Shown piece after piece: positions 46,266 to 54,792 of a DNA stretch of 64,000 nucleotides. Origin of the DNA: Acidobacteriota bacterium (lineage in GTDB: Bacteria > Acidobacteriota > UBA890 > WLXD01); NCBI GenBank assembly GCA_963666215.2, contig CAXWPL010000003.1, positions 1 through 64,000 on the forward strand. The letters run 5' to 3'. The number at the start of each line of letters is the position of its first letter. The first letter of the stretch is position 1. The position numbers and the translations under genes are program-made. The notes beneath the pieces were generated by a model. That model did not search any database. It saw only the letters and a program-made list of their open reading frames with translations, and was not told where the DNA came from.

Positions 46266-46914
46266 TGGCTTTCGAACCGGCCTGCACAGTGGTCTATCAG
46301 GACGGTGGTCGCGAAGTGCGGCTGCCGCTCAGCAGGAGCCGTGTCGCGCTCGGCCGCGCCCTCGATAGCGATCTGGTGGTGCCATTGGCAACCGCCTCGC
46401 GCAAACACGCGGTCATCCAGCATCGCAGCGGTGGATGGGTGATCTCCGACCTCGGGAGCGCCAACGGCACCTACGTCAATGAGGTGCGCATCAAGGACCA
46501 GCAGCCCCTTTCGCATGGCGACGCGATTCGGCTGCACACGTTCGTGCTGCGCGTCGAGATTGCGGAAGTCACCGGGCCCGTCACCGGCGAGCGCGTCGTG
46601 TTCGAAGAGGACGACTCGCAGATGACGTCGTTCTTGGCCGCCCACGAGGTGGCCGAGATCCTGGGCACCGACCTCAGCGCGAGTCCCTCTGCCGACAGCG
46701 GCTCCCCATCGTTGGCTTCCGACATCGAGCGCGTCACGCGCTCAACTGGCGAGCTCTCGGCTCATCAGCGCAGCGCCACCTGGTCGGGTGCCTGGTGCTC
46801 TTCCACCACGACCCCATGCACAACGACGATGCGATCGAGGAGCTGGAGGCTGCCGCGTGCGAGCGTTTGGACGGCACGTGCGCCGCTCGAGAAGGCATGA
46901 CCATCGAGCTCTGA
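46265..46914 (+). pseudogene. Deletion chimera: FHA-domain N-terminus joined to the C-terminal tail of an MBL-fold hydrolase
   Basis: FHA 'LGRALDSD...SRKHA...DLGSANGTYVN'. From about 46783 a different frame reads VGCLVLFHHDPMHNDDAIEELEAAACERLDGTCAAREGMTIEL*, a typical MBL-fold hydrolase ending. Confidence 0.75.
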
Positions 46915-46918
46915 GCTC

Positions 46919-46938
46919 GCCTCGCTCGGCGGCGAGGC
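46919..46938. terminator. Stem-loop between convergent genes
   Basis: GCCTCGC-N6-GCGAGGC immediately after TGA at 46914. Confidence 0.35.
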
Positions 46939-46978
46939 AACGCACCCCGGCAGCCGACGTTACCTCGTCGTCACGACC

Positions 46979-48145
46979 TCAGCCGCGGGCCGAGCGCTTC
47001 GCGAGCCGACGGCGAGCGCCTTCGGAAGGCACCGCGTCGAGCACTCGCCGGCGATCGCTCTCGGTGAGCTCCCACAACGCCAGCACGTCGGCGAGGCACC
47101 ACGCGCGCTGACTTGGCGACTCGATCAACTCCACCAGCTGCAGCGCCTCACTCACGTCGGCTACGGCGTGCGATTGAATCATTCGAGAGAGCGCGCGACG
47201 ACGAGTCCAATCGCGGCCGAGCGACGCCAAGAGCTCGGCGCGCTCACGGCGGCCGAACGCCGCGGTGCCGTGCCCGCCGAGAGACCGCAGAATTGCCAGC
47301 TCGTCGACCACGCTCCCAGGGGTTCCCTGGCTCACCAAAAGGGCGTCGTGGACGGCCACCGGTGTCGCGATTTCCTCCGACGCCTGTGAGGTCGGCCGGG
47401 GCGGAGCCGCCTTTCGGCGCTTCCGTCGGCGAGGTCGCGCCTTCTCGACAGCTGCCACCGCGCCAGCGACCAACCCGACGTCGGTTGCGGCGGTGTCGGC
47501 GGCAACGGCAGGTGGGACGATCGGGTCGACGGACGCGCCGGGGTCGGCCGCAACGGCAGGCGGGACAATCGCGGCGACGCTCGGGCCGGCATCGATGGGC
47601 GCCGCGGGCGGCGACGGTACGCGGGCGTCCTTGACGCCGCTGACGGCCTCCGGCGCGGGCGCCACTGCATGTATCTCGACGGCTTGGGGTTGGCTCTCGG
47701 CAGCTTCTGCGTCTTCGATCCTTGCCTGCGGCACCGGCTCGGCGGCTTCACGCCAACGATCGGCCGAGTCAGCCTCGTCGGCCTCCTCGACGATCGCGAG
47801 CTCGAGCAGCTTGTTGATGCTCCTGCCGGCGCGCTGACGATCGCCACTGCGGACTGCAACGGCCAGCTGGCGCAGCTCGGCCGGATCAGCCGATCCCACA
47901 GCCTGGAGGGCGCGCTTCACCACCAAATCGGACTCCGAGAGCGCTCCGTCGCGGCGCAGCAGCTTCTCGAGATGGCGCCAGGCGAACTTGCTCCCGACCC
48001 CGAGCGCCACTCGCTGCCGCTGCAGTGGACTGAGCGCTTCGAGCAGCTTCCACGAGCGCGCCAACAGTCGTAGGCGCCCGGGCAAAGTGCGCTCACCACT
48101 GAGCTGGCGCAGCAGGTACTCGACCGAGACCTCTGGTACAGCCAT
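46979..48145 (-). CDS. Hypothetical protein (helical N- and C-domains, Ala/Pro-rich linker), co-transcribed with flotillin
   Basis: 388-aa ORF starting 9 bp after the flotillin stop; no family recognised. Confidence 0.65.
   Translation of the reverse strand: MAVPEVSVEYLLRQLSGERTLPGRLRLLARSWKLLEALSPLQRQRVALGVGSKFAWRHLEKLLRRDGALSESDLVVKRALQAVGSADPAELRQLAVAVRSGDRQRAGRSINKLLELAIVEEADEADSADRWREAAEPVPQARIEDAEAAESQPQAVEIHAVAPAPEAVSGVKDARVPSPPAAPIDAGPSVAAIVPPAVAADPGASVDPIVPPAVAADTAATDVGLVAGAVAAVEKARPRRRKRRKAAPPRPTSQASEEIATPVAVHDALLVSQGTPGSVVDELAILRSLGGHGTAAFGRRERAELLASLGRDWTRRRALSRMIQSHAVADVSEALQLVELIESPSQRAWCLADVLALWELTESDRRRVLDAVPSEGARRRLAKRSARG
47495..47590 (-). repeat. Imperfect 48-bp tandem repeat coding IVPPAVAAD units
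   Basis: 'PSVAAIVPPAVAADPG/ASVDPIVPPAVAADTA' in the protein; matching DNA offset of 48 bp. Confidence 0.7.
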
Positions 48146-48154
48146 CAGCCCGGC

Positions 48155-49582
48155 CTAGCTGCCCGGCTCGCCGGGCTCATCGGAGCCGCGCGTCTTCAAG
48201 CCGTCGGCCGCGGCTCGTGGTAGCGCCGCGATACCGCGCAGAAAGTCGTCCATCTCGACGCCGGCGAGCTGCTTCAGGATGGGCCCGAGTTGAGTCATGA
48301 CCTGGACCACGTCCTCGGTGAGCTTGCCCGCGCCCGTGCCCGAACCCGCAGCGCTGCCGTTGCTGATGATCGTGGTCGCGCCGGCTCGCGAAAGCGGCTC
48401 CGAGATTGCCGCCGCGATGTCGGGCAACACCTTGAGCGCCTCGATCGAAAGACCGGCCTCGTTGTAGAGCTTGAGCGCCTCGGCGAGCAGGTGGCGCGCC
48501 TTCGCCTCCGCCTCTCCCTTTGCCTGCATCGCCTCGGCCTTGACGGCCTCGGCGATTTCCTCGCGCCGACGACGCTCGGCGATCGCACCGGTTTCGATGC
48601 GGTACTTGTCGGCATCGGAGGAGCGCTCCACGGCATAGCGTTCGGCGTCGGAGCACTCGCGCACCGTTGCGTTGAGCTCGAGCTTCTGGTGCTCTACCTC
48701 CTGCTCGGCGATGCGAATGTCCTGCTGCTTGAGCTCCATCTCGCCGGCCTTGATCGCGGTCGCCTCCGCAACGTCGACCTCCTCCCGGATGGCGGCATTC
48801 TTCAGCGACAGGGCCTTCTCGGACTCGGCGATCTCGGTGTCGACGGCGAAGCGCTGCTGCTCCTTGGCGCGGCGCGCACTTTCCTCTTCGATCTGGGCGT
48901 CGCGATCGGCCTCCGCAGTCGCGATACGCGCGCGCTTGAGCGCCTCCTGGATCTTGGGCTGGCCTAGGGCGTCGAGATAGCCCTCGTTGTCCTGGATCTC
49001 CTGGAAAACAAACGACTTGACCTCGAAGCCCATCCCCTCCAGGTCGCGGTGCGCCTCTTCGCGGACCTTCTCCTGGAAGGAGCGCTGGTCGCGATACAGC
49101 TGCTCTACCGTCAGGGTACCGATGATGCCGCGCAAGTGACCGGCGACCGTCTCTTGGATCGTCGCCTGCACGGCATTGACTTCCATACCCAGGAAGGCAC
49201 CCGCGGCGCGGCGGATTTGATCAGGGCTCGAGCTGACCTTGACCTGCGCGACCGCCTTGACGTTGATCGGGATCCCTTGCTCGGTGTAGACGTGAGGCTG
49301 GTTGATCTCGAGAGTCATTATGCGTAGCGAGAGGCGGTCGTACGACTCCCAGGCTGGCCAGATAAAGGTTCCGCCGCCACGAACGATACGGTAACTCTCG
49401 TCGACGCCGGAATCGCTCGCGACCTTCCGGCTGAACAGACGCAGTCCGCCAAAAACAATCAGTACCTCGTCGGGCCCCGCCTTCTTGTAGCGCGAGCGCA
49501 CAACAAGATAGGCAATCATGAGTACAACAAAGCCGGTCGCGAGGGTGGACAGCCAGTTGAAGAACGCCCCCAATACATCCAT
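48155..49582 (-). CDS. Flotillin / SPFH-domain protein
   Basis: Probable start MDVLGAFF after GGAGG; N-terminal TM; 'RYKKAGPDEVLIV', 'GGGTFIWP', 'GHLRGIIGTLTVEQL', 'GYLDALG'; EA-rich coiled coil. Confidence 0.92.
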   Translation of the reverse strand: MDVLGAFFNWLSTLATGFVVLMIAYLVVRSRYKKAGPDEVLIVFGGLRLFSRKVASDSGVDESYRIVRGGGTFIWPAWESYDRLSLRIMTLEINQPHVYTEQGIPINVKAVAQVKVSSSPDQIRRAAGAFLGMEVNAVQATIQETVAGHLRGIIGTLTVEQLYRDQRSFQEKVREEAHRDLEGMGFEVKSFVFQEIQDNEGYLDALGQPKIQEALKRARIATAEADRDAQIEEESARRAKEQQRFAVDTEIAESEKALSLKNAAIREEVDVAEATAIKAGEMELKQQDIRIAEQEVEHQKLELNATVRECSDAERYAVERSSDADKYRIETGAIAERRRREEIAEAVKAEAMQAKGEAEAKARHLLAEALKLYNEAGLSIEALKVLPDIAAAISEPLSRAGATTIISNGSAAGSGTGAGKLTEDVVQVMTQLGPILKQLAGVEMDDFLRGIAALPRAAADGLKTRGSDEPGEPGS

Positions 49583-49892
49583 CTCGAGCACCTCCCGGGT
49601 CGGCGCCGTGGCGTCCCTCCAGTCTTGAACGAAGCAACGACGCGCACGGCTAAGAGCGAGGACGCGATTCCATCTCCAAGGCCAGGTATGCCGTTCGGAG
49701 CCCAAATCTTCGAATTCGCTGGAAATCAACCGTCTCCGCGCTTCAAACCGAAGCGCGCCGAGTGCTGTCCAATCTCCCGAAACCCAGATGCCCGTGGCAT
49801 CGTGGTTTCGAGGTCGCGCGTATCGGGTCACCGCACAACGGGCCGGATAACGCGAACACCGCCCAGATCAGCGTAATCAGCGCGAATCAGCC

Positions 49893-49916
49893 CAACCGGG
49901 CACAAATGGGCTCGTC
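49893..49916 (+). promoter_or_regulatory. Putative ECF-type autoregulatory promoter
   Basis: CAACC...CGTC with AAC-N16-CGT spacing, just upstream of the AGGAG RBS of the ECF gene. Confidence 0.5.
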
Positions 49917-49931
49917 CCAGGAGAGCCGGAG

Positions 49932-50540
49932 TTGCTAGCAACGCTTCACCATGCCGGGGCACCTCTCGACGAGACCGACCTCGTGCGGCAGGCGGCAACG
50001 GGCGACACCTCGGCATTCGAGGCGCTCTATCGCAGCAACTCCGGCCGCATCTACGCCCTCTGCTTGAGAATGACCGCCAACCCCGCGATCGCCGAGGAGA
50101 TGGCCCAAGACGCTTTCATGCGTGCCTGGCAGAAGCTGCCCACGTTCAGAGGCGACGCGGCCTTCTCCACCTGGCTTCATCGCCTGACGGTGAACGTTGT
50201 GCTTTCGCATCGCCGCACCGCGGCACGCCGACGCGAGCGCATGAACACAGCCGACGAGCTGACGACGGTCGACGAGCCCACACAGGTGCGGCCCGGACGC
50301 TCCATGGATCTCGAACAGGCCATCGCGGCGCTCCCCGAGGGTGCGCGCAAGATCTTTGTTCTCTACAACATCGAGGGCTACCGCCACCAGGAGATCGCCT
50401 CGATCGCCGGAGTCGCCGTCGGCACATCCAAGGCTCAGCTCCACCGGGCCAGGCGCCTGCTGAGAAAGCACCTGCAGACACTCCCCGAAACCGCACAGCA
50501 TTCCACGAAAGAAGACCCACACCCGAGAAGCCAGTCATGA
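49932..50540 (+). CDS. ECF RNA polymerase sigma factor
   Basis: 'GDTSAFEALY', 'AQDAFMRAWQKLPTFRGDAAFSTWLHRL', 'EGYRHQEIA...GTSKAQLHRAR'. Confidence 0.95.
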   Translation: MLATLHHAGAPLDETDLVRQAATGDTSAFEALYRSNSGRIYALCLRMTANPAIAEEMAQDAFMRAWQKLPTFRGDAAFSTWLHRLTVNVVLSHRRTAARRRERMNTADELTTVDEPTQVRPGRSMDLEQAIAALPEGARKIFVLYNIEGYRHQEIASIAGVAVGTSKAQLHRARRLLRKHLQTLPETAQHSTKEDPHPRSQS

Positions 50541-51299
50541 GCAATCCACTAGACGATCACGACGATCCGAAGCTCACCCCGGAGACGACCCCCGACACCT
50601 GCGAGTCGATCCGCGCGCTGCTCGACGACTACGTCGACGGCGAGCTGTCGACGGAGCAATTGACGGCCGCCGAACAACACCTGGGAGGCTGTGCCGCCTG
50701 CCGTGAGGTGGTTTCCCGCACTCGGATGCTGCTCGACAGCGCCCGCGCGCTGCCGCTGAGCATCGACCCGGAGCGCGATCTGTGGCCCTCGATCGAGGCG
50801 GAGATTCAGCGCAGCAAGTTGGTCGGCGGGCGTTTCAGCGAGCGACTCGCAGGCCGCGGCGAGAGTACTGCTCCGACGGCCCGGCGCTGGGCTGCCGCTC
50901 GCAGCGGCCGCAATGCTTCTGGTGGCCGTCTCGTCGGCAGTAACCGCGTATCTGATGCAACCGCCAGACCCCGGCCTGGTTGGCGGTGTGGGTCGGGTTA
51001 GCGACGAAGCCCTTTCTGAATTTGCCACCAGCTCGTGGCGCGAGTTCGAGAAGGTGGAGACCGAGTACCTCCGCGTTACCACGGAGCTCCTCGAAGCGCT
51101 CGATACACGGCGCGAGGAGCTGGCGCCGGAGACCATCCGTATCGTCGAGCAGAGCCTCATCGAGATCAACGAATCGATTGGCCGCGCCCGCGACGCGTTG
51201 GAGTTCGACCCGGGCAACAGCGGGTTGGCTCGCAAGCTCAATAACGCCTATCGCGGCCGTGTTCGACTGCTGCGAGAGATCACCCAACTACCCGCTTGA
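50537..51299 (+). pseudogene. zf-HC2 (ZAS) anti-sigma factor, frameshifted
   Basis: 'HLGGCAAC' (HxxxCxxC) in ORF 50537-51001; TM and C-terminal helical part in ORF 50913-51299. Removing one G from GGG at 50889-50891 restores WLPLAAAAMLLVAVSS. Could be a sequencing error. Confidence 0.75.
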
Positions 51300-51325
51300 T
51301 CACATCAGGAGAAAAGAGAATCGTT

Positions 51326-52201
51326 ATGCGCATCCAAGATCGTGGATCGAAGAAGTTGTTCCGCCTGGCCGCCGCAGCCGTTGGGATGGCGACGATGGCA
51401 TTGGCATCGAACGCCACCTCGGTGGCAACCGCGAGCACCACCCAGCGGTCCATCAACCTGAGCAAGGCTGCGAGCGCCGATGTTGAGCTGCAGATCGAGC
51501 TCATTGTTGGAGAGGTCGAGGTGGTGGGCTGGGATCGAGCCGAAGTGCAGGTCACAGGTACCGCCGACGCCGACGTCGCGAGCGTCGACCTCGAAGGCGG
51601 CTCTTCCAAGATGGAGCTCACGGTCGAGCTACCCGCCTGGGACAACGAAGACGGTAGCAACCAACGCCGACGCCGAGGGAACCGCGATCACTCGTGTGAG
51701 TGCGACGTGAGCCTTCAAGTACGGGTTCCGATGGGCGCGCGCGTCCAGGTGGAGGCGGTCACCGCACCGATCCGCATTTCGAACGTCTCCGGTGAGCTCG
51801 ATTTGGAGACCGTCACCGGGTCGGTAGAAGTCTCCGGGCCGGCTCGCCACATGACGATTTCCACCGTGACGGGCCGGATCTACGTGGGCGTGCCCGAGAT
51901 CACGCACGCCGATCTCGAGGCGGTCAACGGCGAGGTGACCGTCGAGGCCGCGCTGGCGCGGAACGCCAACGTCTCGATCGAGACCGTCAATGGCCCGGTC
52001 GAGTTGGTGATCCCCGCCGACACGTCGGCCGAGTTCGACGTGGAGACGTTCAGCGGCACAATCGACAACGCGTTCGGCTCCAACGGCGAGCGCACCAGCC
52101 GATGGGTGCCCGGTCTCGAGCTCCATTTCCGCTTGGGCGACGGCAGCGCCGACGTCTCCATAGAGACGCTCAACGGGCGCGTGATCCTGCGGCAGCGATA
52201 G
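51326..52201 (+). CDS. DUF4097 (adhesin-like beta-strand repeat) secreted protein
   Basis: Signal peptide; repeats 'ETVTG/STVTG/EAVNG/ETVNG/ETFSG/ETLNG'. Confidence 0.85.
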   Translation: MRIQDRGSKKLFRLAAAAVGMATMALASNATSVATASTTQRSINLSKAASADVELQIELIVGEVEVVGWDRAEVQVTGTADADVASVDLEGGSSKMELTVELPAWDNEDGSNQRRRRGNRDHSCECDVSLQVRVPMGARVQVEAVTAPIRISNVSGELDLETVTGSVEVSGPARHMTISTVTGRIYVGVPEITHADLEAVNGEVTVEAALARNANVSIETVNGPVELVIPADTSAEFDVETFSGTIDNAFGSNGERTSRWVPGLELHFRLGDGSADVSIETLNGRVILRQR

Positions 52202-52245
52202 CCGTCGCTGAGGTCGCCAGGTTCAGGCACCCCTCGGGCCGGCGC

Positions 52246-54792
52246 TCAAACGACGGCGGCCTCACGGCCGAACACCCGCACGCGGCGAAGCAACATGTTG
52301 AGCAGATAGGCGATCAGCGCTGCGGCGATCAATCCGGGACGCAAGCGCACAGCCTGCACAACCCGCTGGCCGTCGGCGTCGTGAACCTGGTCGGGGCTCG
52401 GATCGTGGCTGCCGCCGGTAGCCACGGCCCAGCTCGTCAGAGCCTCGCGATTGGGCGGCCGGTAGCGCAGCTCGGCGGGGAACTCGGGTGCTATGCGGCG
52501 GCTCAGCTCGTTGCCGGAATCATCGCGATAGCTGACCTCGAGGCCGTTGCGAGTGGCCGGCAGCAAGGCTTCGTAGCGCCCCGGTGCGGCCTGCGCCAGC
52601 TCAATCGTGAGGCTCGTGCCGTCAGCCCGCATAACATCGACCTGAGGCCGCTGTCCGTTGATCAAGCGGCCGTTGGCGTCGACCAGGTCGAGCTGGATGC
52701 CCGAGCGGCCGTCGGAGTCGGCATCAGGCACCAGCTGCAGCTCTGGCCCACGAAACTCGGGCTGGCGCATCGTCTCGCGCACGAGCTGCGCCCAGAACTT
52801 GCCGTAGCCTTCCCAATCGAGCCAATCGACCGCCCATCGATTTTTGACGTCGGAGGCAAACAGCACGGTGCGGCCCAGACCGTACTGCCATCGTGCCAGC
52901 AGTGGATCTCCCTCATCCGATTCGAGCACGATCTCGGCGTTCTCCTTCGCCATCGTGCGTACAAAGCCCAGCAGTGCCGGAGCGGTCTCCAGATCAATCC
53001 CAGTAAGCGCCTCGATCTGCTTCACCACCACCGGCCGCACCGACGAACTCTCCTCGATCGTAATGCCAGCAGCCATCTGCGTCTCGTCCACAAAGATCTC
53101 GGGCACCTTCGTTGGATCTTCGATGTAGTAGGCGCGGCCCTCGCCCCAGGTTGCGATGTTACTGAGAAGCTCGCGGTCGGCCTTGTCGCCCACCGCCACG
53201 GTGGAGACAGTGATGTCTGCCTCCGCCATGCGCGTCACCAGCTCCTCGTAATCGTCCTCATAGGTCTTGCCGTCGGAGAGAAGAATGACGTGCTTGACCT
53301 CGGCCTCTTCGGGCAGGAGAACGGCGTAGACGTCCTGCAACGCGGGGTAGATGTTGGTCGGCGAGCTCGCCTCGATACTAGCGATACGGGCGCGAATGCG
53401 ATCCTTGTCCGCTGCAGATGCCAGCGGCACCGGCCAGTAGAAGTGATAGTCGAACGCCAGCAAGCCGAAGCGCTGGTCGTCTTCCAGCAGCTCGACCGCG
53501 GCTTTCGAAGCCTCTTTGGCCAGTGCCATCTTGTCGCCCACCATGCTGTACGACTTGTCGAGCGCAATCACGAGCGCCAGATCCTTGGGCTCGCGCTCGG
53601 CACGGAACCAAACGGGCAGGATGCGCTCGATCGCGGTGTCGGTGTAGCCCTCCTCGCCGTACACCGACTCGCCACCTGTGAGAATCAGGCCGCCGCCGAG
53701 CGTCTCGACGTAACTGGCGAGCGCCTCCATCGAGGCCGGGTTGAGCGTTGTCGGGTCGATGTCACTGAGCAGCACCGCGTCGTAGGCGGCAAGGTCGCCG
53801 GGCCGCAGAGGTAGCGCCCACGGCGCGGTGATGTCGACTTCGAAACCGCCGTCCTCGAGCGCGCGCCGCAAGTAGGTGCTAGCCGTCGGCTGCCCCTCCA
53901 CGTACAGCACGCGAGAGGGCGCCCCGGCATGCACGGCCAGGCTCCACGTGTTGTTATCCGGAACCGGATCGCCGTCGCTCTCGAGTGTCACGCGAACAAT
54001 CGCCGCACCGGCATTCTCGAGGCTGGCCTCGATGAACAGCTCTGCCGTGCCCACGGCAAGATCGATAGAGCGCCGATCGATGAGGCGGCCGTCGATCTCC
54101 ACCACCAGCCGTGCACGCACGGCGCGCTGGCTGGCGACCACCACGCGAAGGTCGAACGGCATTCCAGCCGTGACGTAGGACGGCGCCTCCACCGCATCGA
54201 GCCAGGCGTCGCCGTTGCCGCGCTCCCTGAGCGGCACCGTGTAGATCCTCGAGTCCAGCTCTTTCAGTCTTCCGGTTGCCGCATCGGCGTCTCCGGTGGT
54301 CTGCCAGCCATCGCTCAGCAGTACCACGCGGCCGACATGTTCCGCGGGCAAACTGGCGAGCGCCGCGTCGAAAGCCGCTTCGATGTCGGTGGCCGATCGA
54401 TCGAGTCCTCCTCCGCCCACCCTTACTTGGCGCAGTGAGGCGGCATCGTCCGACGCCACCACATTGCGCCCGAAGGCAAGGAATCTGCTGACGTCGGCGT
54501 CTCCTTGTTCCTCGGCAAGCTCAATCCACTCGATAGCGCTCTCGATCGCTCGCGGCTCGACACTCTGTGAGATATCCAGCAAATAGGCCACCGCGAGCCG
54601 AGCGGTGGGGCGGAACCAAACCGGCTCCATGAGTGCCAGCGCCACCAGCACGACCGCCGCACCACGCAGCAGAAATTGCGCGTTGAGCTGGCGCGGATCG
54701 AACTCGAGCAGGGTGTGCTGCCGCGCCCACCACATCAGCGGCAATGCCGTCAGCAGTGCGAGGGGCCAGACGGACTCCACGCTGAACGGCAC
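52246..54792 (-). CDS. Membrane-anchored double-vWA protein with CARDB-like and GATase1-like domains
   Basis: Probable GTG start at 54792 overlapping the upstream TAG; 'LLDISQS' and 'ALDKSYS' MIDAS motifs, 'LLSDG' x2, 'DNN', 'VLYVEG', 'GGGLILTGG', 'PLLARWQYGLGR'. Confidence 0.85.
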   Translation of the reverse strand: MPFSVESVWPLALLTALPLMWWARQHTLLEFDPRQLNAQFLLRGAAVVLVALALMEPVWFRPTARLAVAYLLDISQSVEPRAIESAIEWIELAEEQGDADVSRFLAFGRNVVASDDAASLRQVRVGGGGLDRSATDIEAAFDAALASLPAEHVGRVVLLSDGWQTTGDADAATGRLKELDSRIYTVPLRERGNGDAWLDAVEAPSYVTAGMPFDLRVVVASQRAVRARLVVEIDGRLIDRRSIDLAVGTAELFIEASLENAGAAIVRVTLESDGDPVPDNNTWSLAVHAGAPSRVLYVEGQPTASTYLRRALEDGGFEVDITAPWALPLRPGDLAAYDAVLLSDIDPTTLNPASMEALASYVETLGGGLILTGGESVYGEEGYTDTAIERILPVWFRAEREPKDLALVIALDKSYSMVGDKMALAKEASKAAVELLEDDQRFGLLAFDYHFYWPVPLASAADKDRIRARIASIEASSPTNIYPALQDVYAVLLPEEAEVKHVILLSDGKTYEDDYEELVTRMAEADITVSTVAVGDKADRELLSNIATWGEGRAYYIEDPTKVPEIFVDETQMAAGITIEESSSVRPVVVKQIEALTGIDLETAPALLGFVRTMAKENAEIVLESDEGDPLLARWQYGLGRTVLFASDVKNRWAVDWLDWEGYGKFWAQLVRETMRQPEFRGPELQLVPDADSDGRSGIQLDLVDANGRLINGQRPQVDVMRADGTSLTIELAQAAPGRYEALLPATRNGLEVSYRDDSGNELSRRIAPEFPAELRYRPPNREALTSWAVATGGSHDPSPDQVHDADGQRVVQAVRLRPGLIAAALIAYLLNMLLRRVRVFGREAAVV

